This document shows positions 18,381-26,958 of a stretch of 64,000 nucleotides of DNA, in pieces. Where the stretch lies: positions 32,001-96,000 of the forward strand of contig OY970218.1 of assembly GCA_963713975.1 (NCBI GenBank), read 5' to 3'. The DNA is from an uncultured Chloroflexia bacterium. Its GTDB lineage: Bacteria > Chloroflexota > Limnocylindria > Limnocylindrales > CSP1-4. A model generated the notes under the pieces. The model saw only the letters and a program-made list of their open reading frames with translations. It was not told the DNA's origin and did no database searches. The first letter of the stretch is position 1, and each line of letters begins with the position of its first letter. The translations under genes were made by a program, and so were the position numbers.

Positions 18381-19787
18381 CTAGTACCCGAGCCCGAGCG
18401 CCGGCTCGGGCTTGTGCTCGAATCCCTGGTCCGATGACGCCGGTGGCAGCCCCGCCCGCACGCGCCGGACCACCAGGCCCAGCATCACCACCGCCAGCAC
18501 GCCGTAGAGGAGCGTGAAGCCGACCATCGTGATCAGCACCTCGGCCGTCGTCGCGGTCGGCGACACCCCAGTCGCGGTGAACATCAGGCCGTACACGACC
18601 CAGGGCTGGCGGCCGATCTCCGTGAACATCCAGGCGAAGGAGTTGGCGGCGAGCGGCAGGAACGGCAGGATCGCGGCGATCACGACCGTCCGGCCGGCCG
18701 GCGTCCGTCCCTTCCGCATCCGGAACAGGAACCACCCGGCGGCGAGCGCCGCGAGGGTACCCATGCCGATCATCCAGCGGAAGGTCCAGTAGGTGACCGG
18801 CGTGTTGGGCGTGTAGTCGCCGGGTCCGAACTGGGCCTCCTCCTGCGCCTGCAGGTCGTTGATGCCGAGGACCTCGCCGTCGAACGTGCCCGTGGCCAGG
18901 AACGAGAGCAGGTACGGGATCCGGATCGAGAAGATGTCCTCCGAGCCGTCCGGGGTGCCGATGGTGAAGATCGAGAACGACGCGGGCTGCTCGGTCTCCC
19001 ACAGCGCCTCGGCCGCCGCCATCTTCATCGGCTGCTGCTCGGTCATGAGCTTGCCCTGGATGTCGCCCGTGACCGCGACCAGGAGCCCCGAGACCAGGAG
19101 CATCACGGCGCCGGCCTTGGCGGCCGCGCGGAAGGGTCCGGCCGCCTCGGGATCGTCGCGGTCCTTGAGCATCCGGTACATCGCGATCCCGGCCAGGAAT
19201 GCCCCGGTCGTCATGAACGCGGCGGCGATCGTGTGCGGGAACGTGATCAGCGTGGTGCTGTTGGTCAGCAGCGCCATGAAGTCCGTCAGCTCCGCGCGGC
19301 CGGAGACGGGGTTGACCACGTAGCCCACCGGGTGCTGCATCCAGGAGTTGGCCGCCAGGATGAAGTACGCGGAGAGGACGGTGCCAATGGCCACCAGCCA
19401 GATCGAGGCCAGGTGAACTCCCTTCGACAGCCGGCCCCAGCCGAAGATCCACACGCCCAGGAACGTCGACTCGAGGAAGAACGCCAGCAGGCCCTCGATG
19501 GCGAGCGGGGCGCCGAAGATGTCACCCACGAACCGGCTGTAGCTGCTCCAGTTCATGCCGAACTGGAACTCCTGGACGAGGCCGGTCACCACGCCCACGG
19601 CGTAGTTGATCAGGAACAGCTCTCCGAAGAAGCGCGTCAGGCGCAGGTACGATTCCTTACGGGTCCGGTACCAGGCGGTCTGGAAGCCCGCGACCGAGAA
19701 CGCCAGCCCGATCGTCAACGGGACGAACAGGAAGTGGTAGACGGTGACGATCCCGAACTGCCACCGCGAGAGCATCAGCGGATCCAC
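18381..19787 (-). CDS. cydA: Cytochrome bd ubiquinol oxidase subunit I
   Basis: RWQFG..YHFLFVP, QEFQFGMNWS, ANSWMQHP, QPMKMAAAE, TEIGRQPW; GGAGGAG SD before the GTG start. Confidence 0.95.
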   Translation of the reverse strand: MDPLMLSRWQFGIVTVYHFLFVPLTIGLAFSVAGFQTAWYRTRKESYLRLTRFFGELFLINYAVGVVTGLVQEFQFGMNWSSYSRFVGDIFGAPLAIEGLLAFFLESTFLGVWIFGWGRLSKGVHLASIWLVAIGTVLSAYFILAANSWMQHPVGYVVNPVSGRAELTDFMALLTNSTTLITFPHTIAAAFMTTGAFLAGIAMYRMLKDRDDPEAAGPFRAAAKAGAVMLLVSGLLVAVTGDIQGKLMTEQQPMKMAAAEALWETEQPASFSIFTIGTPDGSEDIFSIRIPYLLSFLATGTFDGEVLGINDLQAQEEAQFGPGDYTPNTPVTYWTFRWMIGMGTLAALAAGWFLFRMRKGRTPAGRTVVIAAILPFLPLAANSFAWMFTEIGRQPWVVYGLMFTATGVSPTATTAEVLITMVGFTLLYGVLAVVMLGLVVRRVRAGLPPASSDQGFEHKPEPALGLGY

Positions 19788-19854
19788 GGGCGAGCGACTC
19801 CTCCCTGGGACGAACCTGTCACCGGAGTATGTCTGGGACATCTAGTCGCATGAT

Positions 19855-19912
19855 CGGCCGAAGGACCCGAAGGCGACCGGACCCACCGTGCGCCGACCGG
19901 GACCCACGGCCC
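19855..19912. promoter_or_regulatory. Candidate array of DosR/NarL-type boxes upstream of cydA
   Basis: GGGAC-CCAC-GGCCC (19899), CGGAC-CCAC-CGTGC (19878), CGGCC-GAAG-GACCC (19855), spaced 21-23 bp. Confidence 0.35.
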
Positions 19913-19949
19913 CCGGCCCGATTTCGTGCGACCCAGACGATGCCCGCCG

Positions 19950-20597
19950 TCAGGGCCGTTCCGTGCGGTCCTCGATCTCCCACGCGTGGTCGAGGGCGTG
20001 CCATGCGATCCGGCGGGCGGCGTAGCGGGGCGGCCATTTCCTGCCGGCGATCGGCGACCCGTCCGAGGGCGTACGGAGGATCGCGAGGACCACCTTGCGC
20101 CCGGCCCCGCATGGGCGCCGGTCTGCGGGCGGGATCCCCAGCACGGACGCGTATGCCTCGTCCGCCCCGTGGACGTGCTCGACCATCCTGGTCCGGTCCC
20201 GCCCGCCTCCGCGAGGTCCCTTGCGCAGCTCCTCGGGGGCCGCTCCGGCGATCCCGTCGAAGCACGCCCAGGCGGCCGCCACGAGGGCCGCGAGACGGGC
20301 GGCCTCGATCGCGTCCACCGTCGCCCGGTCCAACTCCGCGATGCGTGAGGGGATCCCGAACGCGGTCCCCGCATCGCCCTCCACGCGCTCGACGACCTCG
20401 AGCACGAGGTCGTCCGGATCGAGGTGCTCACCGGCGTCGGCGGCCACATCGACGTACCGGTGCGCCGCCGAGAGGAGCGCCTCGATGGCCATCGGCTCGT
20501 CCCGGCCACCCCGGGCCAGGCCCGGCCAGTCAAGGGCGGACACGAACACCTTCTTCGGGGTGGCCTCGACCAGCAGCCGGATGGAGCGCTCAGGCAT
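19950..20597 (-). CDS. Conserved hypothetical protein (HicB-like N-terminus plus DinB-like His-containing helical domain)
   Basis: VFVSALDWPGLARGG...AIEAL; HVHGADEAY; RRIAWHALDHAWEIED; CATACT 6 nt before the ATG. Confidence 0.7.
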   Translation of the reverse strand: MPERSIRLLVEATPKKVFVSALDWPGLARGGRDEPMAIEALLSAAHRYVDVAADAGEHLDPDDLVLEVVERVEGDAGTAFGIPSRIAELDRATVDAIEAARLAALVAAAWACFDGIAGAAPEELRKGPRGGGRDRTRMVEHVHGADEAYASVLGIPPADRRPCGAGRKVVLAILRTPSDGSPIAGRKWPPRYAARRIAWHALDHAWEIEDRTERP

Positions 20598-20633
20598 GCG
20601 GGCAGTATGGCGGAGGCACTACGCTTGGGCGTG

Positions 20634-21515
20634 ATGTCAGCCATCTCGTTCACACGGTCACCCGTCCTCGTCACGATCGGCGAGGGCCTGCGGATCGCGG
20701 CGCGCTACTGGCGGTCCTCGGTGGAGCACTGGGTCCTGCCGGTCATCGCGGTCGCGCTCGTGAACGGTCTGGCGGGCGTGGTGTTCGGTGGCGCCGCGTT
20801 TGACCAGGCCACACTCCAGTCGATGCTGGTCACGGGACCGGACGGCCCCGGGATCGATGCGAGCGCACTGCCGCCCAAGTTGGCCGGTCCGCTGGCCACC
20901 GGCGTGGTGACGACCGTGGCCGGGTGGTTCCTCGTCGCCAACGCGATCGCGGGCCTGCGCGGGCGGGACATCGGGCTCGGCTGGGTGCTGGCGTCGGGAC
21001 TGCGAGCGTTCGTGGCGAGCATGATCCTCACCTCGGGCCTGCTCATGCTCCTGCTCACGGCCATGACGCTGGGCCTGGCAGGGCTCCTCGTCCTGCTCCT
21101 GCTGCTCCCGGCCCTCCTGTACCTGGGCGTGCGACTCCAGTTCTGGACGCTGGCCTTGTTCGATGGCTTCGGCATCACGGACGGACTGCGGGCCACGTGG
21201 TCGATGACGCGCGGCGCCGTGCTCCGGGTGTTCGGCTGGGGCCTCGCGATGGCTGGCATCGGGCTGATCGTCTCCGCGTTCACATGGGTGCTGGACGCCC
21301 TTCTCGCGGGGGTGCCGGTGGCCGCGAACGTGCTGGGAGCGGCTGCCGGATCCACGCTTCAGGCGTACACGGCGATCGTCCTGGCGGTGCTCTACGAGAG
21401 CCAGCGCCTGCGGAGCCTTCCGCGGGTGGAGGTGGCGACTCCGCCCTACGATCCGTCGGGCTCCGAGCCGCCGCCGCCGCCGTCCTACTCGCAGCCCGGC
21501 GACCCGCCGCGATAG
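20634..21515 (+). CDS. Hypothetical integral membrane protein (about 6 TM, Pro-rich tail)
   Basis: Several hydrophobic segments; DGLRATWSMTRG motif. Confidence 0.75.
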   Translation: MSAISFTRSPVLVTIGEGLRIAARYWRSSVEHWVLPVIAVALVNGLAGVVFGGAAFDQATLQSMLVTGPDGPGIDASALPPKLAGPLATGVVTTVAGWFLVANAIAGLRGRDIGLGWVLASGLRAFVASMILTSGLLMLLLTAMTLGLAGLLVLLLLLPALLYLGVRLQFWTLALFDGFGITDGLRATWSMTRGAVLRVFGWGLAMAGIGLIVSAFTWVLDALLAGVPVAANVLGAAAGSTLQAYTAIVLAVLYESQRLRSLPRVEVATPPYDPSGSEPPPPPSYSQPGDPPR

Positions 21516-21525
21516 GTCGCTGCCG

Positions 21526-22368
21526 TCAGCGGGCGGTCGCGCCCCGCAACCTGGCGACGAGCGCGGCCAGCGCCGGCACATCCCGTCCAGTGGCTCCGAG
21601 GGCATCGACCAGGGCCGAGGCCACGATGACCCCGTCCGCGCCGGCCCGGGCGATCGCGCGCACGTGGGCGGGCTTCGACACCCCGAAGCCGACGGCGACC
21701 GGTACCGGCGACACGCTCCTGACCTCGCGCACCAGCCTCGTGACGCTCCGTGGCAGCGCCGTCCGGGCGCCGGTCACGCCGACCAGCGAGACGCAGTAGA
21801 GGAACCCGCCGCTCCTTGCCGCCACCGAGGCGCGCCGGGCCGCGGACGAGGTCGGTGCCACGAGGTAGACCACCGCGATCCCCGCCTCGACGGCGACCGC
21901 CTCGAATGGCGCGCCCTCGTCCGGCGTGAGGTCGGCGACGATGACCCCGGCCACACCCGCCGCCGCCAGCGCCCGGGCCCGGTCGCGGCCGTCGCCACCA
22001 CCGATCAGCTGGTTCGCGTACCCCATCGCCACCACGGGGACCGCCGGTCGTGCCGCGACGATCCGCCCGACCAGCGCCAGTGACCGGTCGAACGTGGCGC
22101 CCGCCGCGAGGGCCCCCTGGGAGGCGCGCTGGAGCGTCGCCCCGTCCGCGAGCGGGTCCGAGTAGGGCAGGCCCACTTCGAGCAGGTCCGCGCCGGCGTC
22201 GATGGCGGCACAGGCGGCGTCGAACGACCCGTCCGCGTCTGGATAGCCTGCGACCACGTACGGAATGAGGGCCGCGCGACCGTCGGCACGGGCCCTCGCG
22301 AACGCTCCGGCGATCCGGTGGGCGCCGGCCGTGCCGTTCGTGTGGACGGCCGCGAAGGGGGCGCTCAC
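21526..22368 (-). CDS. trpA: Tryptophan synthase alpha chain
   Basis: IPYVVAGYP, LEVGLPYSDPLADGATLQ, LVAPTS, SLVGVTGAR, VGFG, ADGVIVAS; GTGA overlap with the upstream fusion. Confidence 0.95.
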   Translation of the reverse strand: MSAPFAAVHTNGTAGAHRIAGAFARARADGRAALIPYVVAGYPDADGSFDAACAAIDAGADLLEVGLPYSDPLADGATLQRASQGALAAGATFDRSLALVGRIVAARPAVPVVAMGYANQLIGGGDGRDRARALAAAGVAGVIVADLTPDEGAPFEAVAVEAGIAVVYLVAPTSSAARRASVAARSGGFLYCVSLVGVTGARTALPRSVTRLVREVRSVSPVPVAVGFGVSKPAHVRAIARAGADGVIVASALVDALGATGRDVPALAALVARLRGATAR

Positions 22369-25187
22369 GCGATCCCCTCCCACGGCGGCACGTCATCGAA
22401 GCGCTCGAGGGCGGCCATGTCCTTGTCCCCTCGACCGGAGAACCCGACCAGGATCACGGCGTCGTCGGGATACGGGGTCCCGGACCCCTCGAGGCCGGCC
22501 AGCAGCTTGGGCAGTGCCGCCACGGCGTGCGACGTCTCGAGGGCCGGCAGGATCCCCTCCGTCCGGGTCACCGTCTTCATCGCGGCGATCGCCTCCCGGT
22601 CCGAGGCGGTGCCGACCTCCATGCGCCCGGCCTCCGCGAGCGCGGCCAGCTGGGGCCCGACGCCCGGGTAGTCCAGGCCGGCCGATGCGCTGTGAGCCTC
22701 CGTCACCTGGCCATCGCGATCCTGGAGCATGAGCGATCGCGATCCGTGGAGGATGCCGGGCGTGCCACCGGCGATCGCGGCCGCGTGACGTCCGGTCTCC
22801 ATGCCGTCGCCCGCGGCCTCGGCGACCGCCAGACGGACGAACGGCTCGCCGATGAACCGGGCCAGCAGCCCGATCGCGTTCGACCCGCCCCCGACGCAGG
22901 CGAGCGCGAGATCCGGCAGCCGTCCCTCGACGGCCCACAGCTGGGCCTCCGCCTCGTCCCCGATCCGGCGCTGTAGGTCCCGGACGATGGTGGGGTACGG
23001 GTGCGGGCCCATCGCCGAGCCCAGCACGTAGTGGGTCGTCTCGACGTTGGTCACCCAGTCGCGCATCGCCTCGTTGACCGCGTCCTTGAGGGTCGCCGTC
23101 CCGGAGATGACGGACCGGACCTCTGCGCCAAGAGCCCGCATCCGGAGCACGTTTGGCGCCTGGCGCCGGATGTCCTCCTCGCCCATGAATACGACGCACG
23201 GGAGGCCGAGCAGGGCGCACGCCGTGGCGGTGGCGACGCCGTGCTGGCCGGCGCCCGTCTCGGCGATCACCCGGTTCTTGCCCAGGCGGCGGGTCAGCAG
23301 CGCCTGGCCGAGGGCGTTGTTGATCTTGTGGGCGCCGGTGTGCGCGAGGTCCTCGCGCTTGAGGTAGAGCCGGAAGGCCGGAAGGCGGAGGTCGCTGCGG
23401 CCGGCGGCGAGCGACTGGCGACGCGCCTCGAGCGCGACCGCGTGGGCGAGCCGATCCGCACGGTAGAGCGCGGTCGGGCGGCCCGCAAACCGGGCCAGCA
23501 ATTCGTCCAGCTCAGCCCAGAACCGGGGGTCGTGGCGGACCGCGTCGTAGGCGGACTCGAGCTGCTCCAGCGCCCCGACCAGGGTCTCCGGCACGTAGCG
23601 ACCACCGAAGTCGCGCTCCATGCCCCAGCGCCCCGCGGTGTCGGCCTCCAGCAGCCCCGGGTGGACGGGCGTCGGACCTGAGGCGACGTTCGGCCGGTGG
23701 CGACGGGCATCCCGCGCACGTTTGACGAACAAGGCGACCCTGACCGGGTCCTTGCAGGGACGCTCACCGGCCCTCCGGGGCGCCTCCGTGCCCGATGCGG
23801 CGTCCACGCCCACCGCGGGCACGGCCAGGCACGCCTCACCCACCGTCGCCGCATCGAGACCGCCGGCCAGGGTGATCGGGACCTCGCGGGCCACGGCGGC
23901 CGCGAGCGCGACGTTTACACGGATCCCAGTGCCACCGGGATGCGGGCCACCGGCCGCATCCAGCAGGATCCCACCGGCGCCGGCGTCCAGGTAGGCGTGG
24001 GCGCGACCGATCACGTCGTCGGGGTTCGCGTCCGCGGGAACCCGCAGCGCCTTCCAGACGGGCCGGCCGACGGCCGCGATGGCCGACGGCGGCTCGTCCC
24101 CGCTGAGCTGGACCTCGTCGGGGTCGACGGCCGCGATCACGCGGGCGAGCTCGGCTGCGGGCAGGTCCGCGGTGACCACGACGATCTTCGGGCCCGCGCC
24201 GAACGACGATGCCGCGGCCCGCGCGATGCGGGCCAGCTCGACGCCCTCGCCGATCGTGAGCTCGCGCGGCGTGCCCGGCGCGAAGTTGAGACCGATGGCG
24301 TCGGCTCCGGCGCGGGTGGCGGCAAGAATGCCGGCCGCGTCCGTGACACCACAGACCTTCACGCCGGGGGCCCGGGCGATCCCCGCCAGGTCGGCCGGGT
24401 CGCGGCCCGCCGCCACGAAGGCCCGGGCGGCGGCGGTGGGATCGGCCGCGCGCATCAGCGCCTCGCCCACGAGGGCGGCGTCGAACCCGGTCGCTCGCCA
24501 CCGGGAGATCGTGGCGGGATCATGGACGCCCGACTCGGCCACTGCCAGCCGGTCCCCCGGGATCGCGTCCCGCAACCGCACGGCCCGCTCGGGGTCCACG
24601 TCCAGGGTCCGCAGGTCGCGGTTGTTGATCCCGATCAGCCTGGCACCCGTGGCCAGCGCCGCGTCCAGCTCCCGGGCGTCGTGCGCCTCGACGAGCGGCT
24701 CGAGCCCCAGGTCCCGCGCCGCGTCCACCAGCCGCGCGAGGCGCCGAGCCGGGTGGAGCACCGCCAGCAGCAGCACGAGGTCCGCCCCGGCGGCCCGGAG
24801 GAGGTCCAGCTGCCGGGCATCGACGACGAACTCCTTGGCCAAGACGGGAACCGCGACGGCGGCACGCACCGCGCGCAGGTCCTCCACGGACCCGCCGAAC
24901 CAGTGGGGCTCGCACAGCACGGAGATCGCGCTGGCGCCACCGGCGGCATAGGCGCGTGCGCGCGCGACGGCGTCGTCCGCTCCGGCGATGGCTCCCGCGG
25001 ACGGCGAGCGGCGCTTGACCTCCGCGATCAGGTGGGTCCCCGGCCCCGCCAGCGCCTCCGCGACCGGACGGGGGGCAGGCGCATCGGACACGGCCCTCCG
25101 GAGGCCGCTACGACCGAGGGCATCGAGGGCCGGCACGACCTCCGCGCGACGGCGTGCGGCGATCTCGGCGACGACGCCGGCGCTCAC
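22365..25187 (-). CDS. trpCFB: Trifunctional TrpC-TrpF-TrpB fusion (IGP synthase + PRA isomerase + tryptophan synthase beta), 940 aa
   Basis: One uninterrupted frame. TrpC: IAEVKRRSPS, VEAH, GINNRDL, AESG, LVGEALM. TrpF: KVCGVT, LLDA, GGTG, LAGGL, GVDAASG. TrpB: FGGRYVPETL, KREDLAHTGAHKINN, AETGAGQHG, GLDYPGVGP, SGRGDKD. Confidence 0.93.
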   Translation of the reverse strand: MSAGVVAEIAARRRAEVVPALDALGRSGLRRAVSDAPAPRPVAEALAGPGTHLIAEVKRRSPSAGAIAGADDAVARARAYAAGGASAISVLCEPHWFGGSVEDLRAVRAAVAVPVLAKEFVVDARQLDLLRAAGADLVLLLAVLHPARRLARLVDAARDLGLEPLVEAHDARELDAALATGARLIGINNRDLRTLDVDPERAVRLRDAIPGDRLAVAESGVHDPATISRWRATGFDAALVGEALMRAADPTAAARAFVAAGRDPADLAGIARAPGVKVCGVTDAAGILAATRAGADAIGLNFAPGTPRELTIGEGVELARIARAAASSFGAGPKIVVVTADLPAAELARVIAAVDPDEVQLSGDEPPSAIAAVGRPVWKALRVPADANPDDVIGRAHAYLDAGAGGILLDAAGGPHPGGTGIRVNVALAAAVAREVPITLAGGLDAATVGEACLAVPAVGVDAASGTEAPRRAGERPCKDPVRVALFVKRARDARRHRPNVASGPTPVHPGLLEADTAGRWGMERDFGGRYVPETLVGALEQLESAYDAVRHDPRFWAELDELLARFAGRPTALYRADRLAHAVALEARRQSLAAGRSDLRLPAFRLYLKREDLAHTGAHKINNALGQALLTRRLGKNRVIAETGAGQHGVATATACALLGLPCVVFMGEEDIRRQAPNVLRMRALGAEVRSVISGTATLKDAVNEAMRDWVTNVETTHYVLGSAMGPHPYPTIVRDLQRRIGDEAEAQLWAVEGRLPDLALACVGGGSNAIGLLARFIGEPFVRLAVAEAAGDGMETGRHAAAIAGGTPGILHGSRSLMLQDRDGQVTEAHSASAGLDYPGVGPQLAALAEAGRMEVGTASDREAIAAMKTVTRTEGILPALETSHAVAALPKLLAGLEGSGTPYPDDAVILVGFSGRGDKDMAALERFDDVPPWEGIA

Positions 25188-26275
25188 GCCCGGCCTCCGG
25201 CCGCTGCGTCGGGACCGGGGCCGCCCGCAAGGGCCTGGTTGTCCGCCGTCCGGGCAGCCTCGGCGACCTTCCGCTCCGCCCGCAGGGCCTTGAGCAGCTC
25301 CACGGCGAGGCCGGCGTCCACCGCGAGGGCGGCCCGCTCGATCCCGTCCTCGATCGAATCCACCGTGCCCGCCGCGACCAGCGCGGCACCGGCGTTGAGC
25401 AGGACCACATCCCGCCTGGCGCCCGGCTCGCCTCGGAGCACGCCCTCGACCAGCGCGGCATTGGCCGCGGGTTCGGAGCCACCCAGGGCCGAGGTCTTCG
25501 CCTTGCGCAGGCCAAGCGCCTCCGGGTCGACGGTCCGGCGCTCGATCCCCGCCGCGGTCACGTCGTACACGACGCCGGACCCGTCGAGCGGCAGCTCGTC
25601 GACGCCGGCACCGTGGACCACGAGCGAGTGCTCGGTGCCGAGCATGCGCAGCACCTCGGCCAGCCGGGGAGCCGCCGACTCGTCGCCCACCCCGATCAGG
25701 CCGCGGGTCGCCCCCGCCGGGTTGGTGAGCGGTCCCAGGAGGTTGAATGCCGTCCGCACGCCGATCTCGCGGCGGGTCGGGCCCGCGTGGCGCATCGCCG
25801 GATGGAAGGCCGGCGCGAACAGGAAGGCGAAGCCCAGCTCGCGGATCGCCCGCCCCGCCGATGCCGCGTCGTGGTCGATCCTGATGCCCAGGGCGTCGAG
25901 CACGTCCGCCGAGCCCGACCTGGAAGTGATGGCGCGGTTCCCGTGCTTGGCCACGGGCACGCCGGTGGAGGCCACGATGAGGGCGGCCGTCGTCGAGATG
26001 TTGAAGGTCCCGGAGCCGTCGCCACCGGTGCCCACGATGTCCATCGTCCCCACCGGTGCGTCCACGCGCACGACGCGCTCGCGCATCGCCGACGCGAAGC
26101 CCGCAAGCTCCTCCACCGTCTCGCCCCGCATCCGCAGGCCCATCAGCAAGGCCGCCAGCTGCGATGGCGTGGCCTCCCCGTCCATCACCGCGCCCATCGC
26201 CAGGCGGGCGTCGTCCATTGAGAGCGTGCGTCCCTCCACGATCGCCGCCACCGCGGCCCGGACGAGCTCGCTCAT
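25184..26275 (-). CDS. trpD: Anthranilate phosphoribosyltransferase
   Basis: DIVGTGGDG, NISTT, KHGNR, SGSAD, RTAFNLLGPLTNP, HGAGVDE. Confidence 0.95.
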   Translation of the reverse strand: MSELVRAAVAAIVEGRTLSMDDARLAMGAVMDGEATPSQLAALLMGLRMRGETVEELAGFASAMRERVVRVDAPVGTMDIVGTGGDGSGTFNISTTAALIVASTGVPVAKHGNRAITSRSGSADVLDALGIRIDHDAASAGRAIRELGFAFLFAPAFHPAMRHAGPTRREIGVRTAFNLLGPLTNPAGATRGLIGVGDESAAPRLAEVLRMLGTEHSLVVHGAGVDELPLDGSGVVYDVTAAGIERRTVDPEALGLRKAKTSALGGSEPAANAALVEGVLRGEPGARRDVVLLNAGAALVAAGTVDSIEDGIERAALAVDAGLAVELLKALRAERKVAEAARTADNQALAGGPGPDAAAGGRA

Positions 26276-26958
26276 CGGGCGGCCCCCGCCGGCGTCGAGG
26301 CGGCCTCGGCCATCCCCCGGGTCGCGAACGATCCGGTCGCGGCATCGAGCCGCGACGCCTCCCCCTCCCCCGCCAGGCGCAGGAAGTTGGCGAGCAGATG
26401 CGGGCCGTCCGGCGTCAGGACGGACTCGGGATGGAACTGGACCCCCTCGATGGGCAGCGTCCGGTGGCGCAGGCCCATCACCACGCCGTCCTCGGGGCTG
26501 GTCGCCGTCACGTACAGGTCCTCGGGCAGCGTGGCCGGATCCACGCACAGGGAGTGGTAGCGGGCGGCGGGGAAGTCCGCAGGCATGCCGGCCAGGAGCC
26601 CCTCCCCGTCATGCTCGACCTCGGACGCCTCACCGTGGACGAGCGTCGGCGCGCGGACGATCGACGCCCCCCAGGCGGCCCCCATCGACTGCATGCCCAG
26701 ACACACGCCCAGCAACGGCACCCCTCGTTCGGCCGCGACCTGGATCGTCGCCACGCTCACGCCCGCCGAGCCCGGATCACCGGGCCCGGGCGAGATCACG
26801 ATGCCACGGAGATCCTGCGCCGGGTCCGCGGCCATCGCCTCCACCTCGTCGCGCGTGATCTGGTCGTTGCGGATGACGCGCACGTCCGCGCCCGCGGCCT
26901 GGAGCGCCTGGACCAGGTTGAAGGTGAACGAGTCGTAATTGTCGATGACGAGGATCAC
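26272..26958 (-). CDS. trpG: Anthranilate synthase component II (glutamine amidotransferase)
   Basis: IDNYDSFTFNL, SPGPG, GVCLGMQ, RYHSL, QFHPES. Confidence 0.93.
   Translation of the reverse strand: MILVIDNYDSFTFNLVQALQAAGADVRVIRNDQITRDEVEAMAADPAQDLRGIVISPGPGDPGSAGVSVATIQVAAERGVPLLGVCLGMQSMGAAWGASIVRAPTLVHGEASEVEHDGEGLLAGMPADFPAARYHSLCVDPATLPEDLYVTATSPEDGVVMGLRHRTLPIEGVQFHPESVLTPDGPHLLANFLRLAGEGEASRLDAATGSFATRGMAEAASTPAGAAR

Noticed and set aside
25188-26345. Apparent 386-aa N-terminal extension of the TrpCFB ORF (1326 aa in the track)
   Set aside because: It overlaps trpD in another frame and is low-complexity; the real start is the GTG at 25187 overlapping the trpD stop. TrpD is not part of the fusion.
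23697-26858. 1053-aa plus-strand ORF
   Set aside because: Antisense to the trp operon, with no independent coding signal.
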